Origin: Candidatus Micrarchaeota archaeon | Lineage (GTDB): Archaea; Micrarchaeota; Micrarchaeia; Anstonellales; Bilamarchaeaceae | Length of the DNA stretch: 33,260 nucleotides | Direction of reading: 5' to 3' | NCBI GenBank assembly: GCA_040754495.1 | Contig: JBFMCO010000062.1 | Coordinates: forward strand, 1-33,260 | In this document: positions 17,151-25,854 of the stretch, piece by piece | Layout: each line of letters starts with the position of its first letter | Numbering within the stretch: position 1 is the stretch's first letter | Made by a program: the position numbers and the translations under genes | The notes under the pieces: model-generated | What the model was told of the DNA's origin: nothing | Database searches by the model: none | What the model saw: only the letters and a program-made list of their open reading frames with translations

Positions 17151-17398
17151 TGGACGAGAAGGAGCGCGCGAAGAAGGATTTGGAGAAGCTGGAGCGCATA
17201 ATCTCGGTGTTTCGCTCATACGGCTTCGACAGGAAATACCCGTCCGTATTCGAGTACGCTGAAAATTACGCATCAGACGCGCAGCACTACTTCGAGAAGG
17301 GCGACTATTTCACGTCCTTCGGCTCCGCCAACTACGCCTACGGGTTCATCGACGCCGTCCTTGTAATCGAGGGGAAGAAAGATGAGCACATCCTCTAG
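17150..17398 (+). CDS. DUF357-like small helical protein
   Basis: YASDAQHYFEKGDYFTSFGSANYAYGFIDA matches my recollection of the archaeal DUF357 pattern. Start overlaps the nitroreductase stop. Confidence 0.75.
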   Translation: MDEKERAKKDLEKLERIISVFRSYGFDRKYPSVFEYAENYASDAQHYFEKGDYFTSFGSANYAYGFIDAVLVIEGKKDEHIL

Positions 17399-18218
17399 GC
17401 GCAGCCGGCAAACGGCATCCGGCAGCCAGCCGCGGGTCTCCCGTTCCGCGTACGGGGTGCCGGGAACGGGAGACTGGAAACGGAAGAAATCCCTCGGCCA
17501 GCATTTCCTCGAGGACAGGAACATCCTCGCGCTGGAGGCCAAACTCGCAAACCCTGAACACAAAACAGTCCTCGAAATCGGGCCCGGGGACGGCAGGCTC
17601 ACCGAGCAGCTCCTCCTGCTGAAGCCGGAAAAGCTCATCGCGGTCGAGAAGGACGCCCGTTTCGCGGCCCTCCTTAAGCAGAAGTTCGCGGGCCGCGCTG
17701 ATGTGGAGATTGTCGAAGCGGACTTCCTGGAGTTCGAGCCGCCGAAGTTCGACGTGGCCGTCGGGAACATCCCCTACTACATCTCCTCGGACATCGTCTT
17801 CAGGCTCGCCGGCATGAAGTTTTCCCATGCGGTTCTGATGGTGCAGAAGGAGTTCGCCCAGAAGATGGCCGCACGGCCCGGGGAGAAGAACTACGGCCGC
17901 CTCAGCGTAACGTCGCAGCTTGCCTTCCGGGTAACTCTCGAGCGCACGGTGCTCCGGCACCTCTTCAGGCCGGTGCCCGAGGTCGATTCCGCAATAATAA
18001 TCCTAAGCCCGACCGGCCTCCGCCCGAGCCAATTCCAGGAGAACGTCATCCGCTGGCTTTTCCAGCACAAGAACAAGACGGTCCGGAACGCCCTGACGCA
18101 TTCGAAGATGTTCGACGCTGCGGAACTGGAGAAGCTGGGGGGCATGGCCGGCCGGCGGGTGAGGACGCTTTCCAAGGAGGAGTGCCTGGCAATAGCCCGG
18201 GCGCTCGAGAAAATTTAA
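17382..18218 (+). CDS. rsmA: 16S rRNA m6,6A dimethyltransferase (KsgA/Dim1)
   Basis: KKSLGQHFL, VLEIGPGDG, VEKD, GNIPYYISS, LMVQKEFA, YGRLSV, PEVDSA. Start may be ATG 17382 or GTG 17457. Confidence 0.95.
   Translation: MSTSSRRSRQTASGSQPRVSRSAYGVPGTGDWKRKKSLGQHFLEDRNILALEAKLANPEHKTVLEIGPGDGRLTEQLLLLKPEKLIAVEKDARFAALLKQKFAGRADVEIVEADFLEFEPPKFDVAVGNIPYYISSDIVFRLAGMKFSHAVLMVQKEFAQKMAARPGEKNYGRLSVTSQLAFRVTLERTVLRHLFRPVPEVDSAIIILSPTGLRPSQFQENVIRWLFQHKNKTVRNALTHSKMFDAAELEKLGGMAGRRVRTLSKEECLAIARALEKI
17436..17474. repeat. 12-bp perfect inverted repeat built from heptamer units
   Basis: GTCTCCCGTTCC (17436-17447) / GGAACGGGAGAC (17463-17474). Confidence 0.7.
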
Positions 18219-18252
18219 AAATTCATGAGGATAAGCATTAGGAGGTGATGGA

Positions 18253-18585
18253 ATGGTTAAGACGATAGCCGAATTCCGGGACGAGATGCGCGCTCTCCGG
18301 GACGAGATGTTCGAGAGTTCCGAGAGGGCGGACCTCAAGCTGGTCGCGAGCTGGGTGGACCGCCTGGCGATGTCGCTCGAAGGGCTGAGCGAGACGCTCG
18401 ACATGCACGACCGGGAGATAGAGACCCTCTCCGAGTCAGAGGCTGCCCCGGAGGCCCCGAAGATGGGCGAGGAGTGCGCGTGCCCGTGCTGCTGCGAGCC
18501 CATGGAGGCCCCGAAGAAAGCCAAGCCCAAGAAGGCGAAGAAGGCCAAGAAGGCAAAGCCGGCTAAAAAGAAGAAGAGGCGCTGA
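18253..18585 (+). CDS. Small coiled-coil protein with CACPCCC cluster and Lys/Ala/Pro-rich tail
   Basis: Strong RBS GGAGGTGA 4 nt before the ATG and an upstream TTTAAAAA. Stop abuts the next ATG. Confidence 0.75.
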   Translation: MVKTIAEFRDEMRALRDEMFESSERADLKLVASWVDRLAMSLEGLSETLDMHDREIETLSESEAAPEAPKMGEECACPCCCEPMEAPKKAKPKKAKKAKKAKPAKKKKRR

Positions 18586-19431
18586 ATGAACCGCGCCTTC
18601 GTCCTTTTTTCCATTGTTTTGCTCATTGTCGGATGCACCCAGCAAGCCGGCACCGCGCCCCCGTCTGGCGTGCCTTCGCAGCCGAGCCAGCCGTCAGCGC
18701 CGTCCGCGCCCAGCCAGCCGACGCAGCCGGCCGAGCCGGCACAACCGGCCCAGCCGGCTGAACCCGCCTCATCCCTCAAGTCGAGCGAGGTTTCCTACAA
18801 CGCCGGGGCATGGAAGATATATGGCACCCTCTACGAGAGCGAAAGCAAGACGCCGAAGAAGGCCATCGTGCTCGTTCCCGGCCTCGGCGAGACGAGGGAC
18901 GGCTATCCGCAGAGCTTCATCGCAAAGCTCCATGACGAGTTCCCGGACGCGCTGGTGCTCGCCATAGACCCGCGCGGCCACGGAAAAAGCACGAACATCG
19001 GCTCCTGGCAGGACTTCGACACCTCGGAGTTCAAGGACATGAAGACCGACATCCTGAGCATCAAGGCATACCTGACGCCTTCATACCCGGCCATCACGGA
19101 ATTGTACGTGGTTGGGGCGAGCATGGGCTCGACATCCTCAATACTCGCAGCTGCGCAGGACAAGTCCATTACCAAGGTGGTGATGCTCTCCCCAGGCATG
19201 GATTACAACGGCGTAAGCATAGAGCGGTCTGTGGATGACTATGCCCATCCGCTCCTCGCGGTCGCGTCATCCGGGGACAGCTACTCCGTCGAGGCCGTAA
19301 ACGAGATGAAGAGCCTGACGTCCGAATCCCAGCTCAAGACGAGGATATTCCCGGGCTCGGCGCACGGCACCGACATTTTCGAGAGCCAGGGCGAAACGCT
19401 CGAGGACCTGGCAATAGACTTCCTCAAGTGA
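18586..19431 (+). CDS. Alpha/beta hydrolase, lipoprotein-like
   Basis: LIVGC lipobox-like signal, QP(S/A) repeats, LVPG oxyanion region, DPRGHGKS, GASMG nucleophile elbow, GDS and AHG triad candidates. Confidence 0.88.
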   Translation: MNRAFVLFSIVLLIVGCTQQAGTAPPSGVPSQPSQPSAPSAPSQPTQPAEPAQPAQPAEPASSLKSSEVSYNAGAWKIYGTLYESESKTPKKAIVLVPGLGETRDGYPQSFIAKLHDEFPDALVLAIDPRGHGKSTNIGSWQDFDTSEFKDMKTDILSIKAYLTPSYPAITELYVVGASMGSTSSILAAAQDKSITKVVMLSPGMDYNGVSIERSVDDYAHPLLAVASSGDSYSVEAVNEMKSLTSESQLKTRIFPGSAHGTDIFESQGETLEDLAIDFLK

Positions 19432-19433
19432 AA

Positions 19434-20558
19434 TCAGAATACGCCGAAAAACCCCTTTTTCTTCCCGTCCTCTTTTTCGAACTCCTCTAGCAGCTCCTTC
19501 TGCCTTTTGCTCAGCTTTTTCGGGACGTCAATGACCACCCGCACCATCTGGTCCCCCCTGCCGCTCCGGTTCAGCCTCGGCATCCCCTCCCCCCTCAGCC
19601 TGAAGACCGTGTGCGAGGGCGTGCCCGGAGGTATGTGCAGCTTCGCCTTCCCGGAAAGCGTCGGCACCTCGATTTCGCCGCCGAGGGCGGCGCGCGCAAA
19701 GCCTATGGCCGCCTCCATGCCCAAATCATCGCCGTTGCGCTCGAACACCGGGTGCGGCTGCACCTCTACCCTTACGAAAAGGTCGCCGGGCGAATCGCGC
19801 CCGAATTCGCCCATCTCCTCAAGGCGCAGCCTCATGCCGCTGTGTATCCCGGCAGGTATGCCGACCTTGATGTGCTCGTTCGAGCTGGCCTTGCCCGAGC
19901 CCCCGCAGCTTTTGCACGGCTTCTCGACCACCGTGCCTTCGCCCCTGCATCGCGCGCAGGTGGTGACGCTGTAGAACTCCATCGGCCCTGCCCTTCTCGT
20001 CTGCCGGACCTCGCCTCTGCCCCCGCATGCGCTGCACGTGCCCCTCGAGCTTCCGGGCTCGCTGCCGCTCCCGCTGCACCTTGCGCACGCCTTGCTCCGG
20101 TGATAGCTGATGTCCTTCTTGGCGCCTTTCGCGGCTTCCTCGAGGCTTATCTGGACTACGGTCTCGAGGTCGGCGCCATACTCCCTCGCCCGCCCGCCGC
20201 GCCTGCCGAAGCCTGCGCGGAAGGCCGGGCCGAATATGTCCCCGAAAGGCCCCCCGAAGCCGAACGCCTCGAACATGTCGGCGAAATCAGAGAAATCCGC
20301 GCTCCTGAAGATGTCCTCCTGGCTGTACATCCGGTCGAAGCCGGCATGTCCGTACTGGTCGTACTGAGCGCGCTTGTTGTCGTCGGATAAGACTGCGTAG
20401 GCCTCGCTGATTTCCTTGAACCTCGCTTCCGCTTCCTTGTCCTTGTTGCGGTCAGGGTGGTACTGCAGGGCCAGCTTCCTGTAAGCCTGCTTTATCTGGT
20501 CCTTGGTGGCGCCCCTTGGCACCCCGAGAACCTCGTAATAGTCTTTTTTCTCTGCCAT
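19434..20558 (-). CDS. dnaJ: Chaperone DnaJ (class A)
   Basis: J domain with HPD, G/F-rich region, four CxxCxGxG repeats, C-terminal domain. Confidence 0.97.
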   Translation of the reverse strand: MAEKKDYYEVLGVPRGATKDQIKQAYRKLALQYHPDRNKDKEAEARFKEISEAYAVLSDDNKRAQYDQYGHAGFDRMYSQEDIFRSADFSDFADMFEAFGFGGPFGDIFGPAFRAGFGRRGGRAREYGADLETVVQISLEEAAKGAKKDISYHRSKACARCSGSGSEPGSSRGTCSACGGRGEVRQTRRAGPMEFYSVTTCARCRGEGTVVEKPCKSCGGSGKASSNEHIKVGIPAGIHSGMRLRLEEMGEFGRDSPGDLFVRVEVQPHPVFERNGDDLGMEAAIGFARAALGGEIEVPTLSGKAKLHIPPGTPSHTVFRLRGEGMPRLNRSGRGDQMVRVVIDVPKKLSKRQKELLEEFEKEDGKKKGFFGVF

Positions 20559-20567
20559 CGTATCAGC

Positions 20568-20870
20568 TTAGCGGTACATGTTATTGTGCCTTTGCTCCTC
20601 CAGCTCCTGCCAGATGTTCAGCACCTCGGATGCCCAGTCCACGACCTCCCTGCCGCTGCGCCTGCCCCTCGGGCTCGCTACCGCCTGCGGCACGGGCTCC
20701 TTCCCGGTGAGGATGGCGTAGGCCTCGCTGATTTCCTTGAACCTCTCCTCCGCGCCATCGTCCTTGTTCCGGTCCGGATGGTAGAGGAGCGCGAGCTTCC
20801 GGTAAGCCCGTTTTATCTCATCGGAAGAGGCGTCCTTCCTGACGCCGAGCACCTTGTGGTAGTCCTTCAT
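20568..20870 (-). CDS. Small J-domain-only protein (100 aa)
   Basis: DYHKVLGV...[14 protein letters not shown]...RFKEISEAY; no Zn finger or C-terminal domain. ATGA overlap with the dnaK stop. Confidence 0.88.
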   Translation of the reverse strand: MKDYHKVLGVRKDASSDEIKRAYRKLALLYHPDRNKDDGAEERFKEISEAYAILTGKEPVPQAVASPRGRRSGREVVDWASEVLNIWQELEEQRHNNMYR

Positions 20871-22801
20871 TTCTTATCGTCCACCTTCTCGTACTCGCCT
20901 TCCACGACGTCCTCTCCGGAGCCGCCTTTTTTCCTGCCTTTCTTCACCTGCTCGTAGCCTTTCCCCGAGGTTTCCTGTTCCCGGTTTCCGGCATCCGGCC
21001 CTGACCCGCCGCCCATGTTGGGGCCTCCTGCACCGGGCCCCCCGCCTCCGGCACCCTGCTGGCCGTACATGGAGCCGCCGACCTCCTCGAGGGCCTTCTT
21101 CAGGCTCTCGGTCTCTGCCCTGATGCGGGCCGCATCGCTCCCGGACATCGCGCCCTCGAGCTTCTTCTGCGCCGCTGCAATCCTGTCGAACTGCTCCTTG
21201 GACATCTTGTCCTTGAAGTCCTCGACCGTCTTCTTGGCCACGTATATCATGCCCTCGGCCTCGTTCCTCGCGGTCGCAAGCTCGAGCGCGGCCTTGTCGG
21301 CTTCGGCGAACTTGTCGGCTTCGGACATCTTCTGCTTTATCTCCTCGTCGCGCATCTTCAGCGGCGCAGTCACCCGCATGCTCTGCTCCTTGTTCGTCGC
21401 CTTGTCCTTCGCGCTCACATGCAGGATGCCGTTCGCGTCTATGTCGAATGTAACCTCGACCTGCGGCACGCCCCTCACGGCAGGCGGAATCCCGACAAGC
21501 GAGAACTTGCCGAGCTCTATGTTGTCCTTAGACATGGGCCTCTCCCCCTGCAGGATGTGTATGTCCACAGCGGTCTGCATGTCGCTCGCTGTCGTGAAGG
21601 TCTGGCTCTTCTTGGTCGGTATGGTCGTGTTCCTCTCGATGAGCCTTGTCATGACGCCGCCGAGCGTCTCGAGCCCGAGCGAGAGCGGCGTAACGTCGAG
21701 AAGGAGGATGTCGCGCACCTCGCCCGAGAGCACGCCGCCCTGGATGGCCGCGCCCATCGCGACGCACTCCATCGGGTCCACGCCGCGCTCCACCTTCTTG
21801 CCTATCGTGTCCTCCACGAACTTCTGCACTATCGGCATCCGTGTCGGCCCGCCGACAAGGATTATCCTGTCTATGTCGTTCGGGGTGAGCTTCGCGTCCC
21901 TCATCGCCTGCTCCAGGGGCCCCCGGCATCTTTCTATCACGGGCCGGACGAGGTCCTCGAGCTTGGCTTTCGTGAGCTTGTGCACGAAGTGCTTGGGCTG
22001 GTTTCCTTCCGATGCAAGGAACGGCAGGTTCACTTCGCTCTCGAGCGTGGTCGAAAGCTCGATTTTCGCCTTCTCCGCGGCCTCGAGAATCCTCTGCTGG
22101 GCCTGCCTGTCCTTGGTAACGTCAACGCCGCTCTCCTTCCTGAACTGGTCGGTCAGGTATTCCGCGATTATGCGGTCCATGTCGGTCCCGCCGAGCTGGG
22201 TGTCCCCGCTCGTGGATTTCACCTCGAAGACGCCGCCGCCGAAGTCCATGATGGTAACATCGAGAGTCCCCCCGCCCAGGTCGAAGACCAGTATCTTCAT
22301 CTCTTTTCCGGCCTTGTCAAGGCCGTAGGCCAGGCAGGCCGCCGTCGGCTCGTTGACCAGGCGCACGACCTCAAGGCCGGCAATCGAGCCCGCGTCCTTG
22401 GTCGCCTGCCTCTGGTTGTCGTTGAAATACGCCGGGACCGTGATTACCGCCTTGTCCACCTTCTCCCCGAGGAACTCCTCGGCGTCCTTCTTTATCTTCT
22501 GGAGCAGGAAGGCCGAAAGCTCCTGCGGGCGGTATTCCTTCCCGAGGATGCTGAATTTGTAATCCGTCCCCATCTTCCTCTTGAACGCGGTGATCGTTCC
22601 CTCCGGGTTCGTTACCGCCTGCCTTCTTGCCGGCTCGCCTATTATCCTCTGCCCGTCACGCGTGAATGCCACGTAGCTCGGGAACGCCTTCCCGTACTGC
22701 GTTATGCCCTCCGTGCTAGGGATTATCTTCGGCCTCCCGCCTTCGAGGAATGCCGCTGCCGAATTGCTCGTTCCAAGGTCGATTCCTATGATTTTTCCCA
22801 T
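20867..22801 (-). CDS. dnaK: Chaperone DnaK (Hsp70)
   Basis: [50 protein letters not shown] 22801 preceded by GAGGTGG. Confidence 0.98.
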   Translation of the reverse strand: MGKIIGIDLGTSNSAAAFLEGGRPKIIPSTEGITQYGKAFPSYVAFTRDGQRIIGEPARRQAVTNPEGTITAFKRKMGTDYKFSILGKEYRPQELSAFLLQKIKKDAEEFLGEKVDKAVITVPAYFNDNQRQATKDAGSIAGLEVVRLVNEPTAACLAYGLDKAGKEMKILVFDLGGGTLDVTIMDFGGGVFEVKSTSGDTQLGGTDMDRIIAEYLTDQFRKESGVDVTKDRQAQQRILEAAEKAKIELSTTLESEVNLPFLASEGNQPKHFVHKLTKAKLEDLVRPVIERCRGPLEQAMRDAKLTPNDIDRIILVGGPTRMPIVQKFVEDTIGKKVERGVDPMECVAMGAAIQGGVLSGEVRDILLLDVTPLSLGLETLGGVMTRLIERNTTIPTKKSQTFTTASDMQTAVDIHILQGERPMSKDNIELGKFSLVGIPPAVRGVPQVEVTFDIDANGILHVSAKDKATNKEQSMRVTAPLKMRDEEIKQKMSEADKFAEADKAALELATARNEAEGMIYVAKKTVEDFKDKMSKEQFDRIAAAQKKLEGAMSGSDAARIRAETESLKKALEEVGGSMYGQQGAGGGGPGAGGPNMGGGSGPDAGNREQETSGKGYEQVKKGRKKGGSGEDVVEGEYEKVDDKK

Positions 22802-22817
22802 TCTCTCCACCTCTGAA

Positions 22818-22937
22818 TCATGACGCTATTCCGACCGGAACCTGCCTGCGCAGGCTCCTTATTAAAGCTGCCCGCTTAGCCGCCTCTTCAATATCATCCC
22901 TGCCGTCCTTCACTCCCATCCTTCCGTCCTCAGCCAT
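22818..22937 (-). CDS. Candidate 39-aa microprotein between grpE and dnaK
   Basis: [42 protein letters not shown] overlaps the grpE end, GGAGG lies 6 nt upstream, and the ORF fills the gap. Below the ORF-track length cut-off. Confidence 0.45.
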   Translation of the reverse strand: MAEDGRMGVKDGRDDIEEAAKRAALIRSLRRQVPVGIAS

Positions 22938-23385
22938 CCTTTCCCTCCTTTCCTTTTCCGACGGCCACCTTCGCGTGCCGCAGGACCTTTCCCCTGAACG
23001 TGTATCCCTTCTGTATGACCTCGACTACCCTCCCATCATCGCCCTCGGCCTGCCTGAGCGCGTCGTGCTTGTAGGGGTCGAAGCTCTCGCCGAGGCATTT
23101 CATCTCCTGCACGCCCTCCTTTTTGAGGAGCTCGAGCAGCTTGACGTAAATCAGCTCGATGCCGTGCCTGAAATCCCTGTGCGGGGAGCGGTCCATGTGG
23201 GCTATTGCCATGTCGAAATCGTCCACGACCGGCAGCAGCCGCATCAGGACGTCGGCCGAGGCGTTCTCGCGAAGGGCCTCGTTCTCGCGCGCGGCCCGCT
23301 TCTTGTAGTTCTCGAACTCGGCCTGCAGCCTGAGCAGGCGCTCCTCGAGCTCCTTCTCCCTCGCCTTCCCGCCCCCGAGCATCAC
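22930..23385 (-). CDS. grpE: Nucleotide exchange factor GrpE (true start possibly ACG at 23475)
   Basis: RLQAEFENYKKR, LLPVVDDF, GESFDPYKHDA, QKGYTFRGKVLRHAKVAV. The frame stays open upstream to 23496 with no ATG/GTG/TTG. Confidence 0.93.
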   Translation of the reverse strand: MMLGGGKAREKELEERLLRLQAEFENYKKRAARENEALRENASADVLMRLLPVVDDFDMAIAHMDRSPHRDFRHGIELIYVKLLELLKKEGVQEMKCLGESFDPYKHDALRQAEGDDGRVVEVIQKGYTFRGKVLRHAKVAVGKGKEGKDG

Positions 23386-23491
23386 CTTCTCTTCATGGCC
23401 GATGCGTTTTTCCTCGGCTGGCTGGGCCAGTTCGGTTTTCTCGCCGCTTATCTCAGCCGTTTTCTTGTCGTCCGTGAAATCACCGCTTTTG

Positions 23492-23536
23492 AAATTTTAA
23501 CAAATCGTTTAATATTACGAAATATTTTTAAAATTT
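23492..23536. promoter_or_regulatory. AT-rich divergent promoter with inverted repeat (putative operator)
   Basis: AAATTTTAA (23492-23500) / TTAAAATTT (23528-23536), enclosing two AATATT palindromes at 23511 and 23521. Confidence 0.5.
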
Positions 23537-23555
23537 TGCATGCCCTAATTAACAC

Positions 23556-23960
23556 ATGACGCAGCGGAGGTATTACCGGCAGATAATAATCCGCTATGTC
23601 GCCGTGCCTTCCCGGGAAGAAGACCCGGATGCTGAACTCGATTATATCTACGCGTGCCTGGGCTTGGGCGACGAGCGCGACCATGTGGGCCGGGCCGTGT
23701 TCCGCGCGCTTGTCCGGGCAAGCACGCGGGGCGAAGGCATCTCGTCAAGGGACATCATGCACCTATCTGAGGTGAGCCAGGCGGCGGTCATATACCACCT
23801 GAACCTTTTCCAGCGCACCGGCCTCGCTATAAAAGAAGGCAGGAACTACTACCTGCGCGCACACACCCTCTCGGAGACCCTGGAGGAGATGGAGAGCGAC
23901 ATCTCCCGCCGCTTCTCCCACCTGAAAGAAATGGCAAGAAAAATAGAAGAAAAGAAATAA
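23556..23960 (+). CDS. Winged-helix (ArsR-like) transcriptional regulator
   Basis: GISSRDIMHLSEVSQAAVIYHLNLFQRTGLAIKEGRNYYLR wHTH pattern, with an N-terminal extension and C-terminal helix. Confidence 0.82.
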   Translation: MTQRRYYRQIIIRYVAVPSREEDPDAELDYIYACLGLGDERDHVGRAVFRALVRASTRGEGISSRDIMHLSEVSQAAVIYHLNLFQRTGLAIKEGRNYYLRAHTLSETLEEMESDISRRFSHLKEMARKIEEKK

Positions 23961-24869
23961 CTAATTCCCGCTAGTCAGGACGATGGTGTATTCCCTGTCG
24001 TACGAGAGAGGCACCCACTGCGTCTCGGAGGCCTGGCCGGTCTTCGGGTCCACATCAAGCATCATCTGCCTGGTGTAGTCGTTGCCCGGAGACTGCTTGT
24101 CTATGGCGACATAGTGGATGTTTATAGAGTCGCTCACTACGCTGATGGACTCGGTCTGGTCTATCCTGAGGACGACCCAGTACCTGCCAGGCTGGAGCGT
24201 CGGCTTCTCCGCGAAGTCGAAGTTCAGCCAGTTGTCGCTGAGCGTGGTCGCGTTGATTGGGCGCTTCACCGACCCGACGACATCGCCGGGATTGCCGTTA
24301 TCGTCGTCCCTTATCTCGACGACAATTTCCGTTCCGGGCTGCGTCCTGAAATCTATCCTCTTGAGGAACAGGCGCACGCGGGCCGGGGTGATGATAGAAT
24401 CAACGTCGACGGCCATGGCGCGCCACTCCTTGAACGACACGGCGTCGTTCTCAAGGCCCTTAGTATCATCGCTGCCGAGGGGCCGGACGTTCCAGTCGCG
24501 GGAGAACACGGTCTCGCCATCGGACTCCACGGTGAGTTTCAGAGTCCCGTCCTTGGGCGTGCCGAAGTCGAACTGCACCGGCTGGGTCGCGTTGGTGGCG
24601 GGCGTCTGGCTTATCACCTCGACGCCGTCAAGCTTGACCGCCATCCTCTTTCCTGCCGCGCATGTTACGGTCGCGATAAGGTTCGCATTGCCGCCCAGTG
24701 TGCCGTCCTGCATCTCTGAGAACGAATACGACGGCGAGCAAGCCGCTGCCGGGGGCTGCGTCCCGGGCAGGCCCGGGCCAGGCTGCCCACCTGATGGCGC
24801 CTGCGGGCCGGTGCAGCCGAATACCAGCAGCCCGGCTAGAATCAACAGTACGAAATTTTTCATGTACAT
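23961..24869 (-). CDS. Secreted lipoprotein-like beta-rich protein
   Basis: Signal with LVFGC, Pro/Gly linker, beta-rich domains. GGAGGT RBS. Confidence 0.8.
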   Translation of the reverse strand: MYMKNFVLLILAGLLVFGCTGPQAPSGGQPGPGLPGTQPPAAACSPSYSFSEMQDGTLGGNANLIATVTCAAGKRMAVKLDGVEVISQTPATNATQPVQFDFGTPKDGTLKLTVESDGETVFSRDWNVRPLGSDDTKGLENDAVSFKEWRAMAVDVDSIITPARVRLFLKRIDFRTQPGTEIVVEIRDDDNGNPGDVVGSVKRPINATTLSDNWLNFDFAEKPTLQPGRYWVVLRIDQTESISVVSDSINIHYVAIDKQSPGNDYTRQMMLDVDPKTGQASETQWVPLSYDREYTIVLTSGN

Positions 24870-24936
24870 ACCTCCCTTTCTGAGGTATAAGGGAGGAAAA
24901 ATTAAATAAGCTAGTTATGAGCCGCCTAAACGCCGC

Positions 24937-25218
24937 TCAGTACCTTTTGACGACTTCCCTTACGCCCTCTAACCAGCCTTTGAGATATGACGTCCATTCG
25001 AGCGGCGTCTCGCTCCGCAGTAGCCTGAACTGGCGCTCCTCCTGGTGCGGCAGGATAAGGTCGTCGAACTCCCCGGCTTCCTGCTCGCTCCACTCCCTCA
25101 TCTCGAAATAATCAGCATGGTCCTCTGCCCAGATGCGGCCCCGCTCAAGCCCGATGAGATATGACTTGGCGTCGCTGGAGCTTTTGTCGCGCAGCAGCCT
25201 TTCAAGCACTTCGCTCAT
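24937..25218 (-). CDS. Small hypothetical protein (93 aa)
   Basis: Start placed at ATG 25218 (GAGGGTGGG RBS); the GTG-25308 extension runs through AT-rich promoter DNA. Repeated YxxG(L/W)xxG motifs. Confidence 0.6.
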   Translation of the reverse strand: MSEVLERLLRDKSSSDAKSYLIGLERGRIWAEDHADYFEMREWSEQEAGEFDDLILPHQEERQFRLLRSETPLEWTSYLKGWLEGVREVVKRY

Positions 25219-25370
25219 CTGGAACCCCACCCTCTCGCTCGTTTTTTCTTTAAAATGATTATGGCAGGAAGTGTTTAAAAATATATCCAAAATACCATTT
25301 TTTGACACTAAACGGCCTTACAGCCGGCTCATGCAGTCGTCTATAAAAACATTATCCGAGGAATCATTGC

Positions 25371-25853
25371 ATGGCAGGTCCGTCTGGAAGGCGCAACCGG
25401 GGAGGCTCGGACAAGGAAGACGACAGCGGCAGGGATATCCTCCGCTTCCCGGCCCGCCGTGGCGCCGAGACCGTGGGCAGGAAGGAAGCCCTGGACGAAG
25501 CCGAGAAGGCAGGCTTCCCCATCAAGACCGAAGTCCAGCGGATGCTCAGGCTCCCCTCGCGCCTGGTCCGCGGCATAATCGGGAAGCTGGAGTTCTACGA
25601 CGAGCTGAGCGTGCAGCCGTTCCCGCACCGGAACGAGGATTCGCCTTCATTCTGCTTCGACAACGGCCTTCCGGCCCCGGCATGGATAGAGCGCCGCTAC
25701 CTGGCGTTCGAAGAGAAAGAGGGCAGGAAGTTCATCACCTTCGTGGATGCGTCGAGGGGCGTCTTCGTGAAGGGCGAACTCGCCGAGCAGGAGCAGCTTG
25801 CCGCGAAAATATACGACCGGCTTATAGGCGCGGCTGAAGGCGCAGGCCGCTGA
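25371..25853 (+). CDS. Hypothetical protein
   Basis: 160-codon ORF with CTATAAAAA ~25 nt upstream; no family recognised. Confidence 0.65.
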   Translation: MAGPSGRRNRGGSDKEDDSGRDILRFPARRGAETVGRKEALDEAEKAGFPIKTEVQRMLRLPSRLVRGIIGKLEFYDELSVQPFPHRNEDSPSFCFDNGLPAPAWIERRYLAFEEKEGRKFITFVDASRGVFVKGELAEQEQLAAKIYDRLIGAAEGAGR

Positions 25854-25854
25854 T

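Noticed and set aside
18661-18770. Tandem CAGCCG-like repeats
   Set aside because: They encode the QP(S/A) linker of the hydrolase; coding low complexity, not a separate element.
21015-22816. Two long plus-strand ORFs (437 and 465 aa) antisense to dnaK
   Set aside because: Antisense shadows of dnaK, a well-known artefact in GC-rich genomes; no independent motifs.
25219-25308. GTG-initiated N-terminal extension suggesting an RHH antitoxin
   Set aside because: It runs through AT-rich promoter sequence; the RBS supports ATG 25218, and no toxin gene is adjacent.
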